From Candidatus Hydrogenedentota bacterium (GTDB taxonomy: Bacteria; Hydrogenedentota; Hydrogenedentia; Hydrogenedentales; SLHB01), in assembly GCA_045863335.1 (NCBI GenBank), contig BTVY01000007.1:96001-160000 (forward strand): DNA of 64,000 nucleotides. Reading direction: 5' to 3'. The notes beneath the pieces were generated by a model. The model had not been told where the DNA came from. It searched no databases and saw only the letters and a list, made by a program, of their open reading frames with translations. Shown here piece by piece: positions 28,832 to 37,153 of the stretch. Both the position numbers and the translations under genes were made by a program. Numbering within the stretch: the first letter of the stretch is position 1; the number at the start of each line of letters is the position of its first letter.

Positions 28832-30230
28832 TGCCGTACTCGTCGTGGGTGGTGGTATCGGCGGTCTCCGCGCGGCGTTAGACCTCGCGCATGCGGGCGC
28901 GCGCGTCGTTCTTGTGGAAAACAAGGCAACCGTCGGCGGCAAGCTTGCCGCACTATTGGAAGAGGGACGGACGGCCCTGGACCTGCCCGAGGGCGCGTGG
29001 CTACCCACCCTGGCGCAAGTGGAAGCCAGTTCGCAGATCGAGATCCTCACGCTTTCCGAGGTGGTCGCGCTGTCCGGCGAACCCGGCGAGTTTGCGGTGA
29101 CCATCCGCTCCCGTTCCCGCTTCGTGAGCGACGTCTGCGACCATTGCAGCGTCTGTAAGCAGGTCTGCCCTGTCGTGCGTCCGAATGAATACGATGCCGG
29201 TCTCTCCTTTCGGAAAGCCATCTTCAGTCCCTTGAAGAGTCCGGTGCCGTCTTCGTTCGTCATCGATATCGACAGTTGCTTGAACGACCCGCCGAACTAC
29301 ATACCCTGTCAGCGTTGCGTAGAGAATTGCCATGTAAGCGCGATCAGTTTCGACACGCCACTGGAGCGGACGATTACGCGGGACGTGGGAAGCGTCGTGT
29401 TGGCGGCGGGCTTCGACCTGGACGGCGAGAAGGCGCTCGTAAGGTTCGGATACGGCAAACACCCCGACGTGGTGACGTCGCTCGAATTGGAGCGGCTCTT
29501 CGCGGCGTCGGGCGCGACCGGCGGGTACGTGGAGCGGCCCTCCGACGAGCGCGATCCGGAACGGGTGCTGATTGCGATAGCCGATCCCACGGACTTCACC
29601 TGGACCTACACGGCCCGGCACGCGAAGCGCATGCTGGATCAAGCGCTGGAACACGTGACCATTGCGTACGAATCGCCTGCCTCCAGCGGCAAAGGTCCGT
29701 CGTCGTTCCTTCCCGGTTCGGTACGGGAGAAGACACGGCTCGTTCATGCGACGGTCGAATCCGTCAATCCAGACTCGGGCGGCGCATTGCTGGTGACCAT
29801 GCGGGATGGAAGAACGGGCTCCGTTGTGAGTGAAGCGTTTGATCTCGTCGTAGTCGCGACGGCCGTACAACCACCAAGGAGTATGCCGACCGTATCAGAC
29901 GCGTTGGGGGTTCGTCTTGGGCCGGACGGGTTTGTCCGAACAACGGAAAAGGATGGCGCACGCGTGGTAACCAGCCGCCCCGGCGTTTACGCTTGCGGGT
30001 GCGTGACCGGTCCGAAAAACATTCACGAGACGCTGACGGAAGCGGCGGCGGCTGTGGAACAAGCGTTTCAACACGCGCGGCGTGGCACGCGGCGGGCAGG
30101 TCCGCCAAAGCCCGAACTGGAGCCTTCGGGCAATGGGATATCGGAAGATGCCTTGCGTCAGCGGATGGGGCAAGTGGTCGAAACGCTAATCTCCATGGGC
30201 GAAAAGCGCCTCACCAACGGGAACTCCTGA
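28824..30230 (+). CDS. Heterodisulfide reductase subunit A (HdrA)-like flavo-Fe-S protein, truncated and motif-deficient
   Basis: VVGGGIGG FAD motif, inserted ferredoxin (CDHCSVCKQVCP; CLND...CQRCVENC), YGKHPDVVTSLELER, SGATGG..RPSD and GCVTGPKNI. Overlaps korC by 8 bp. Confidence 0.85.
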   Translation: MSDAVLVVGGGIGGLRAALDLAHAGARVVLVENKATVGGKLAALLEEGRTALDLPEGAWLPTLAQVEASSQIEILTLSEVVALSGEPGEFAVTIRSRSRFVSDVCDHCSVCKQVCPVVRPNEYDAGLSFRKAIFSPLKSPVPSSFVIDIDSCLNDPPNYIPCQRCVENCHVSAISFDTPLERTITRDVGSVVLAAGFDLDGEKALVRFGYGKHPDVVTSLELERLFAASGATGGYVERPSDERDPERVLIAIADPTDFTWTYTARHAKRMLDQALEHVTIAYESPASSGKGPSSFLPGSVREKTRLVHATVESVNPDSGGALLVTMRDGRTGSVVSEAFDLVVVATAVQPPRSMPTVSDALGVRLGPDGFVRTTEKDGARVVTSRPGVYACGCVTGPKNIHETLTEAAAAVEQAFQHARRGTRRAGPPKPELEPSGNGISEDALRQRMGQVVETLISMGEKRLTNGNS

Positions 30231-30235
30231 CGCGG

Positions 30236-30574
30236 TCAAACCTCGTCCAGCGAATCCAGCATGGCCCGGATCTGATTTTCCATCCGGTCGAGGAGGTCGA
30301 CCACTTCTTTGCGTGTCTTCGGACGCCCCTCCCCTTTCAACTCTTGGGCAAGCCGTACGCGCGCGCCTTCGGTGGAAAGCTTTTCGTGCCGCAACAATTG
30401 CTTGATGCGCCGCACGATCTCGATGTCGCCGGAGCGGTAGTATCGGCGATTCGCACGATCGCGCCTCGGTTTGAGCTGAGGAAATCGGCTTTCCCACTGG
30501 CGAAGGATATAATCCGGCACGTCGGTTAACTCGCTGACCTCGCGAATGCTGTATCGTTTTTCGGGATGTTCCAT
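30236..30574 (-). CDS. MerR-family HTH transcriptional regulator
   Basis: YSIREVSELTDVPDYILRQWESRFPQLKP.R....RRYY...DIE...RIKQLL......EGAR. Confidence 0.88.
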   Translation of the reverse strand: MEHPEKRYSIREVSELTDVPDYILRQWESRFPQLKPRRDRANRRYYRSGDIEIVRRIKQLLRHEKLSTEGARVRLAQELKGEGRPKTRKEVVDLLDRMENQIRAMLDSLDEV

Positions 30575-30611
30575 GTTCTGACCAAGTCTGGTTCTACTAC
30601 CAAACGCGTAA

Positions 30612-30855
30612 GAACATCCCCCTTGATCCCCCTTCAAAGGGGGAAAAGCCCACAACGCTCCGCGTTGCGAAGAGCGCGGATCGCAATCTCGGAATTCCCG
30701 TTCACCGTCTTCAAAATGGGAATTGAGGAGCGCGCTCCGCGTGCTCTCTTCTTCGGGTCGCTCGGCGCGCGACGAATTGTCATAGCGCGGTCTTTCGATC
30801 CCTCGATCGGGGGACGGCAGATTCCCCGTTTGAAGGGGGATCAAGGGGGATGTTC
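30612..30855. repeat. REP doublet (GAACATCCCCCTTGATCCCCCTTCAAAGGGGGAA, inverted pair), copy 1
   Basis: 34-bp unit at 30612-30645 and inverted unit at 30822-30855; same family at 54021-54185. Confidence 0.85.
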
Positions 30856-30898
30856 AATTGTACTCTCGAGCGTGCCGGCGCAACGTTGCCAGCCCCGA

Positions 30899-31786
30899 TC
30901 ACGCGCCGAGCCAATCCTGCGGCTTCAGGTAGACCTCCGTCAACTCGGCTTCGGGCGTGCCCGGTTCGGGGCGCCAATCGTAGCGCCACTTCGCGACAGC
31001 CGGCATGGACATGAGGATCGACTCGATGCGGCCGCCGGACTGCAATCCGAACAGGGTGCCCCGATCGTACACGAGGTTGAACTCCACGTAGCGCGATCGC
31101 CGGTAACATTGAAAATCGCGCTGCGCGTCCGTGTACGGCGCGTCGCGATGGCGCTCGATCAGAGGCCGGTACAATGACGGAAAGGCGTTGCCCAAGGCAC
31201 AGACAAATTCGAAGTTCTTCTCCGCGTCGTGCCGGAGGTGATCGAAGAATAGCCCTCCCACTCCGCGCGTTTCGTTCCGGTGCCGGATGAAGAAGTACTC
31301 GTCGCAGGCCTTTTTATGTGTTACATAGTCTTCACCGCAAGCATCGCAGAGTTGCTTCAACTCGCGGTGGAAGGCAACCACGTCTTCGCGTACCGGATAG
31401 TACGGCGTCAGGTCGACGCCGCCGCCGAACCACCACAGGTCACCCGCCTCGAAATAGCGCACGTTCAGGTGGATCGTGGGCACATGCGGGTTCCAGGGGT
31501 GTATGACCAGACTGACGCCGGTGGCCACGAAGGGAGTGTCCGGCGCGATATTGAATTGCGTCGCGGCGGACGCGGGAAGACTCTCGCCATGGATGGCGGA
31601 AAAATTGACGCCGCCCTTTTCGATCAGCGGGCCGCCTTCCCACACGCGCGTGATGCCGCCACCGAAGCCCTTCTCGTAGGACCACCGGTCCTCGCGGTAC
31701 GCTGAGCTGTCTGCCTCGACCAGAAAGCTCGCGATGCGATCTTGTATGTCGCGAAAAGCGGCCTCGATCGCATCAACGCCCGGCAC
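30899..31786 (-). CDS. hemF: Oxygen-dependent coproporphyrinogen III oxidase
   Basis: EKGGVNFS, GVSLVIHPWNPHVPTIHLNVRYF, WWFGGGVDLTP, RGVGGLFFD and RYVEFNLVYDRGTLFGLQSGGRIESILMSMP motifs. Confidence 0.97.
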   Translation of the reverse strand: MPGVDAIEAAFRDIQDRIASFLVEADSSAYREDRWSYEKGFGGGITRVWEGGPLIEKGGVNFSAIHGESLPASAATQFNIAPDTPFVATGVSLVIHPWNPHVPTIHLNVRYFEAGDLWWFGGGVDLTPYYPVREDVVAFHRELKQLCDACGEDYVTHKKACDEYFFIRHRNETRGVGGLFFDHLRHDAEKNFEFVCALGNAFPSLYRPLIERHRDAPYTDAQRDFQCYRRSRYVEFNLVYDRGTLFGLQSGGRIESILMSMPAVAKWRYDWRPEPGTPEAELTEVYLKPQDWLGA

Positions 31787-31788
31787 GG

Positions 31789-33606
31789 CTACTCCGCGTT
31801 GTTATTCTTGGTGACGGTGTAAACAGTCAAGTCCTCCAACCCGCTATCGCGACGTCGGAAGATGAATTTGCCCGCCACATAGCCGATGACAAACATCAAG
31901 GCGTGCCCGAGGAATCCGACGTAGTAATTGTGAATGTACTGCGGAATTCCGTCGATCTGGCTGGACAGTGCACAGTACAGCGTGAAGCACAACGTTAACG
32001 AGATACCGAGCAACATGGCGCGGTCGTCAGCGACCTTGGTGAAGAAGCCGAGCATGTAGAACCCAAGCAGGCCGCCCGCAGTCAGTGCGGTCAGTACGGT
32101 CGCAGTGTCCTGCAACGTTGTGGTCTGGACGGTCATGAGGATGGTCGCGCCGACGATCATGATTACGGCAACCGCAACGCCAATAAGCTTCGCCACGAGC
32201 GTATAGTGCGCGTCATCCCGTTCGACTGCGATGTGGCGGCGGTACACGTCCACCACGCCGACAGCGGAAATGGCATTCATGCTCGACGAAATGCTCGACA
32301 TGGCGGCGGACAAGACCGCGGCGATTACGAGCCCGGTGAGTCCACGCGGCAGATAGTGGACGACGAAGTACGGCAGGATGGATTCCGCCTTCGCGCCGTT
32401 CGCGCCGGTATAGATCTCCATCGCCGTTTCGGTCGGAGCGTGAAGGAAGAATACGTAGAGTCCGGATCCCAGGAGCATAAAGAGCGCCCACGTGGGTACG
32501 CTGAACGCCGTACAGACGAACATGGCTATCCGCGCTTCCTTCATACTCTTGGAAGCGGCGTAACGCTGGATAACGTTTTGGTTGGCGCTGTATTCATAGA
32601 GCCAGTTTCCGAGCCCCATGATGAGAATAAGCAGGAACGTCTTGTTTCCCAGATCGCCCAGCGATGTCGGCAACGATTTGATGGGTTCCAGCCGCACTTC
32701 GCGCACACGGGTAACCTCTTCGGTCACTTCTGGATTCTCGATCGAGGCCACCTGTTCCTTTACCAAGGCGAAGACATGGGGAGGATCCGCGATTTCGCGA
32801 ATAACCACGAGGTCGTCTGGATTCCCGTCGTCTTCTTCAAAGGCGACCCGTTCATAGCCGTGCGCAGCGGGATTCTCAAACAGCGCCAACGTTTCCGCGG
32901 GGATCGCTTCGCCTTCGTTAATGGTTGCGACGATATCCGCGTGGTGGCTCATCTTGTCTTCTTCCCAAGCCTTGGAAACGATTTCGCCCATGCCGCCGGG
33001 TACGTTTGCGATGACGACGAACATGGCGATCAAGCCGCCAATCCAGAGCACCATGGCCTGGATGAAATCGGTCCACAACACGGCGCGAATTCCGCCGAGC
33101 ACGGTATAGAACGACGTGACAATCCCGCCGACGAGAATGCAGACATAAGGGTTCCACCCCAATATGGCCTCGACGAGCAAGGACACGAGAAACAGGATCA
33201 ATGCGACGCGGATAGCCTGTCCCACAATAAATGCGCAGGCGGCGTATAAACGCGTCTTGGGGCCGAAACGTTCCTCAAGATACTCGTAGGCGGACGTGAT
33301 GTGGGAACGGCGGAAGAACGGAAGAAAGAAATACGCAGCGAATAACACGACAAAGGGAAGCACGTAGTTGGGCGTCATGCGGTACCAGGCCGCCTTGTAC
33401 GCGTCGCCGGGGTAGGCCACGAAGGTGATGGAACTGATGGACGTGGCGAACATGGAAAACCCGACCAGCCAGCCGGGAAAGGATCGATCGCCGAGAAAGT
33501 ACCCCTCGGTGGTGCGTGATTTGCTCGCGAACAGCGGCCCCATGGCCGCCATGGCCCCGAAATACGCGAACAACACGATGAAATCTACAGTGGTGAACCC
33601 TTCCAT
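31789..33606 (-). CDS. Sodium:solute symporter (SSS; sugar/sialic-acid type) with a large loop insertion
   Basis: YFLGDRS, SMFATSISSITF, SAYEYLEERFG, GGIRAVLWTD, NQNVIQRY and AAMSSISSSMN motifs. Confidence 0.92.
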   Translation of the reverse strand: MEGFTTVDFIVLFAYFGAMAAMGPLFASKSRTTEGYFLGDRSFPGWLVGFSMFATSISSITFVAYPGDAYKAAWYRMTPNYVLPFVVLFAAYFFLPFFRRSHITSAYEYLEERFGPKTRLYAACAFIVGQAIRVALILFLVSLLVEAILGWNPYVCILVGGIVTSFYTVLGGIRAVLWTDFIQAMVLWIGGLIAMFVVIANVPGGMGEIVSKAWEEDKMSHHADIVATINEGEAIPAETLALFENPAAHGYERVAFEEDDGNPDDLVVIREIADPPHVFALVKEQVASIENPEVTEEVTRVREVRLEPIKSLPTSLGDLGNKTFLLILIMGLGNWLYEYSANQNVIQRYAASKSMKEARIAMFVCTAFSVPTWALFMLLGSGLYVFFLHAPTETAMEIYTGANGAKAESILPYFVVHYLPRGLTGLVIAAVLSAAMSSISSSMNAISAVGVVDVYRRHIAVERDDAHYTLVAKLIGVAVAVIMIVGATILMTVQTTTLQDTATVLTALTAGGLLGFYMLGFFTKVADDRAMLLGISLTLCFTLYCALSSQIDGIPQYIHNYYVGFLGHALMFVIGYVAGKFIFRRRDSGLEDLTVYTVTKNNNAE

Positions 33607-33651
33607 ACTACCCCCCGCCCGTTGAGGTGTTCGTGGTCATGTCGGCGATAA

Positions 33652-33680
33652 ACCCTAGCAGGTTGCCCCCAAGGGTTCAA
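33652..33680 (-). promoter_or_regulatory. Sigma70-type promoter for SSS-hemF
   Basis: Minus strand TTGAAC-17 bp-TAGGGT with a TG extension. Confidence 0.4.
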
Positions 33681-33720
33681 GACAACGCACGTTTTTCATT
33701 CAACATACTTCACGTAATCT

Positions 33721-34863
33721 TCAACCGGTGTTCAGCGACTCGAATACGTCGAGCAGTTTCCGCTCGTCGTGGTTCCAGTTGTACGTAGACTCCACGGCGC
33801 GACGGCCGTTCTCGCCCAGTTGGATTGCCAGCGCTTCTTCGCGCAGCAATTGGAGAATCGCGTCGGCAATCGCTTCCGGCTTTGAAACGTCGACCAGGAG
33901 CGCGCAATCTGAACCCCGGATGATGTGGGCGACTTCAATGGCGAATTCCGGCGCGATGAACGGCACGCCTTCGCGCATGTAATCGAACATCTTGTGCGGC
34001 ATGGCGAGCGTATGGTTCATGGGACCGGGTTGGAATAGGATGAGACCTACTTTCGCCACCGCGATGTATGGGGGCACCTGCTCGAAAGGGATCTCGTCGT
34101 ACATGTCGATATTGGGATCGAGCCCCGCGTCCGTGACCGCCTTGCGAAACGCCGCTTCGTCGCCATAGATGTAGTGGCCGAGCAAGATGCACTTGATGTC
34201 CGGCACTTCGCGCACGAGGATCTTCATGGCATCGAGCAACTGGTACGAACCGCGCACATCGCCAAACAGTCCCTGGTGAATGATCGTAGGCCGTCCTGCA
34301 TACTTTTCGCGCAACTCCTCGGGGATCTCGGCGCAGGGCGGTTGGAGGTGATTGGTATTAAGGACGACCGTTCGCGGAACACGTAAGCCCCGGTAAGGTT
34401 CCTCCAGACAATTCTTCGTCAGGATCACGCGATCGGTGAACCGCGCCATAAGCCGCATGGCGCGGACCGTCAACCATTGCACAAAGCCGCGCAAGGGACC
34501 CGGAAACTTGTCGGCGAATTTGGATGGCACGTGCTCGTGCTGATCGAAGACGACCTTGCGCCCTGTGAACAGCTTGATGAGCAGGCCCGACACCCACGTT
34601 TCGGGTTCAACGCAGAGATACGCGTCGGCTTTCGCGCGCATGCCGCGGGGCACGATGCGCAGGGATGCGATGAAACGGCGAACCAGCCCCTTTGCCACGG
34701 GCGTCGTTTCAATGCGGACGCCGTCCATCACTTCCGGCAGCGGATCGTCCGACGGCACGATGGACAGGACCTCGTGACCGGCGGCCACGAGACTCTTGGC
34801 TTCCTTGTGAAACACCCGCTTGTCGTTGGGCGTGTGAATCACTTGCAAAATGCAGATTTTCAT
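33721..34863 (-). CDS. Glycosyltransferase family 4
   Basis: HTPNDKRVFHKEAKSL, VFDQHE, PHKMFDYM..GVP and YNW motifs. Confidence 0.9.
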   Translation of the reverse strand: MKICILQVIHTPNDKRVFHKEAKSLVAAGHEVLSIVPSDDPLPEVMDGVRIETTPVAKGLVRRFIASLRIVPRGMRAKADAYLCVEPETWVSGLLIKLFTGRKVVFDQHEHVPSKFADKFPGPLRGFVQWLTVRAMRLMARFTDRVILTKNCLEEPYRGLRVPRTVVLNTNHLQPPCAEIPEELREKYAGRPTIIHQGLFGDVRGSYQLLDAMKILVREVPDIKCILLGHYIYGDEAAFRKAVTDAGLDPNIDMYDEIPFEQVPPYIAVAKVGLILFQPGPMNHTLAMPHKMFDYMREGVPFIAPEFAIEVAHIIRGSDCALLVDVSKPEAIADAILQLLREEALAIQLGENGRRAVESTYNWNHDERKLLDVFESLNTG

Positions 34864-34867
34864 CGGG

Positions 34868-37009
34868 TCAGGACTGCGCCGCAGCGCATTGCCGCATGGC
34901 TTCCTGAGCGATCCGCGTGGCGCGCAAACCGTGCGCGGCCGTCACGCTCAATTCCGCCTCGCCGCGAATGGCCATGATCCAGTTCTCCAGCACTTCATAC
35001 TGGCCCTTGTGCTCTCCCGTCTGCTTCTGGTTCTTCGCGCTGAACCCAGCGTAGCGGATCCCGCGGAAGTCGTCGATGGCGATCGCCTTGCCACTGCCGA
35101 AAACTTCGATGTGCTCCTTGTCCAGACCGGGGTGGCCGAGACAGCAATACAAGACCGTCGCGAGCGACCCATCCGCGAATCTGAGAATCGTCGAAAGATT
35201 GTTACTGTCCGGCAGCGTCTCGCTGGATGAATCGAGGTGGTCCGCCTTGATGGAAACGGGATCCTGATTCGCGAACCAGCAGCACAGATCGAAGAAGTGC
35301 ACCGCCTCGCCCACGATGCGGCCGCCGCCTTCGACGGGGTCGTTGGTCCAATGATTTGGAGGCAGTGCGCCCGCGTTGCAGCGATAGAGGATCATCTTGG
35401 GTCCGGCAACGTGCTTCAACGCGTCTTTCGCCAACTGGGAGAACTTGGAGAAGCGCCGGTTGAACCCGACGGACAACAGTACGCCCGCCTTCTCGACCGC
35501 CGCGCAAACGGTTTCGCAATCCGCCACGGTAATGGCAAGCGGCTTTTCCACAAACACGTGTTTCCCCGCTTCCGCGGCACGGATGGCGAGCGCAGCATGG
35601 AGGTTGTGTCGTGTCGTGATGACGACGGCGTTCACCTTGTCATCGGCAAGCACTTCGTTAACATCGGTGGTGCAATATTGGGCGCCGTGTTTTTCCGCGG
35701 CCTGTTTGGCTTTGCTGCCGGTGCGATTGACGACCGCCACGAGGCGCGCTCCGGGAATCTTCACCGTATTGGGCAGATGGAACGCGCTGGCAAATCCGCC
35801 CGCGCCGATCACGGCCACGCCGACTTCACCCGTCCCGCCGGCATGGGCCTTGACAGCCAGCTTCCGCAGGCTCGGCATGGCCGCCGTCGATTCGTCGGCG
35901 CCGTAGGACAACACGGCCGCGATGGCGTTAGAATCTTTGTTGAGAATGGTGCCGTAGGCCGTCTCGGCTTCGTCGACGGGTTTGCGCACGGAAATCAGGG
36001 GTTTCACGCGCACTTTACATTCGGCGATCATGCGCAGGAACTCGCCCATATTGCGGCCTTCTGTCCAACGGACGTAGCCGATGGGATAGTCGAGCCCTTT
36101 CTCTTCGTACGCGGGATGGTAGCGGCCGGGGCCGTAGGAGCAGGACAAGCGGAAATCGAGTTCCTTCATGTACATGGATTCGCGGGCCAACTGCATGCCC
36201 ACCGCGCCCACGATGGCGACGCGCCCTTTCTGGCGGCACAGATCCAGGGCGGAATTGGCGACCTCGCTTCCCTTGCTCGCCGCGCAGACGATGACCCCGT
36301 CCGCGCCGTAGCCCCCCGTCCACTCGTTGACCACGCCCGCCAGATCGCCCGGCGCGCTCACGGCATCCGCGCCGAGTTCCAGCGCGAGCGCGCGCTTCTC
36401 CTCGATGGGATCGGAGCAGATGACCCGGCAACCCGCGGCGCGGAGAATCTGGGCAGCAATCTGGCCAAGCAAGCCCAGGCCCATGACAATGAACGTTTCG
36501 CCAAAGGTGGGAAACAACTGCCGGCAGCCCTGCATGGCGATGGCGCCGAGGGTAACGAAAGCCGCTTCCTCGGTTTCGACCCCATCCGGGATGGGCGTCA
36601 GCAACTGCTGCGGCACGAGGTTGTACTCCGCGTGACTGGCGTAGCCGACACCGGAACAGGCGACCCGGTCGCCAACGCGAAAGCCTTCCAAGCCCTCGCC
36701 GCATTCGACGATGACCCCCGCCGTGCTGTAGCCGGGCGCCTGAAATTCGAAGAGCTTGCTCTTCACGATGTCGATGGTGCCGCGAATGCCGACGCTGGCG
36801 ATCTTGCGCTTCACTTTCTCCACGTTGAGCGGGTCGCGGGCCTTCTTCATCACAAACGACGCGGTTCCGCCTTCGGATACGAAGCCGGACTCGGTGCCCG
36901 AGCTGATAACCGAATGGCACACCCGTACCAGTGCATGGCCCGGCGCGGCGCTGGGCGGCGGGACTTCTTCAATCTGGACGTTGCCGCCCTTGACTAGAAC
37001 CTGCTTCAT
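34868..37009 (-). CDS. Bi-domain oxidoreductase (MDR/Zn-dehydrogenase-like plus Gfo/Idh/MocA) of polysaccharide loci
   Basis: ISSGTE, GYSTAG, HAE, GLGLLGQ, SYGPGRY..YEEKGLDYPIGYVRWTE, GAGGF, EKPLA and VGFNRRF motifs. Confidence 0.9.
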   Translation of the reverse strand: MKQVLVKGGNVQIEEVPPPSAAPGHALVRVCHSVISSGTESGFVSEGGTASFVMKKARDPLNVEKVKRKIASVGIRGTIDIVKSKLFEFQAPGYSTAGVIVECGEGLEGFRVGDRVACSGVGYASHAEYNLVPQQLLTPIPDGVETEEAAFVTLGAIAMQGCRQLFPTFGETFIVMGLGLLGQIAAQILRAAGCRVICSDPIEEKRALALELGADAVSAPGDLAGVVNEWTGGYGADGVIVCAASKGSEVANSALDLCRQKGRVAIVGAVGMQLARESMYMKELDFRLSCSYGPGRYHPAYEEKGLDYPIGYVRWTEGRNMGEFLRMIAECKVRVKPLISVRKPVDEAETAYGTILNKDSNAIAAVLSYGADESTAAMPSLRKLAVKAHAGGTGEVGVAVIGAGGFASAFHLPNTVKIPGARLVAVVNRTGSKAKQAAEKHGAQYCTTDVNEVLADDKVNAVVITTRHNLHAALAIRAAEAGKHVFVEKPLAITVADCETVCAAVEKAGVLLSVGFNRRFSKFSQLAKDALKHVAGPKMILYRCNAGALPPNHWTNDPVEGGGRIVGEAVHFFDLCCWFANQDPVSIKADHLDSSSETLPDSNNLSTILRFADGSLATVLYCCLGHPGLDKEHIEVFGSGKAIAIDDFRGIRYAGFSAKNQKQTGEHKGQYEVLENWIMAIRGEAELSVTAAHGLRATRIAQEAMRQCAAAQS

Positions 37010-37153
37010 GTTGGAACTTCCCCACGTGGAAGGATAGGTCTCCCGCGCATGCAATTGCGCGGGTACTCATTCGGGGTAGTGTACAAACCAAGCGCGACCG
37101 AGGGCAACCACGGGCTTGTCTGAGGGCGTACTGCACGGCCCCAGTGTCGAAGG

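Noticed and set aside
30575-30844. 90-aa N-terminal extension of the MerR ORF
   Set aside because: It is translated REP sequence (PPLKGDQGGCS appears in several repeat-overlapping ORFs). The real start is ATG 30574.
35237-36997. 586-aa plus-strand ORF (likewise 39231-40760 and 51285-52886 on the minus strand)
   Set aside because: These are antisense shadows of clearly assignable genes.
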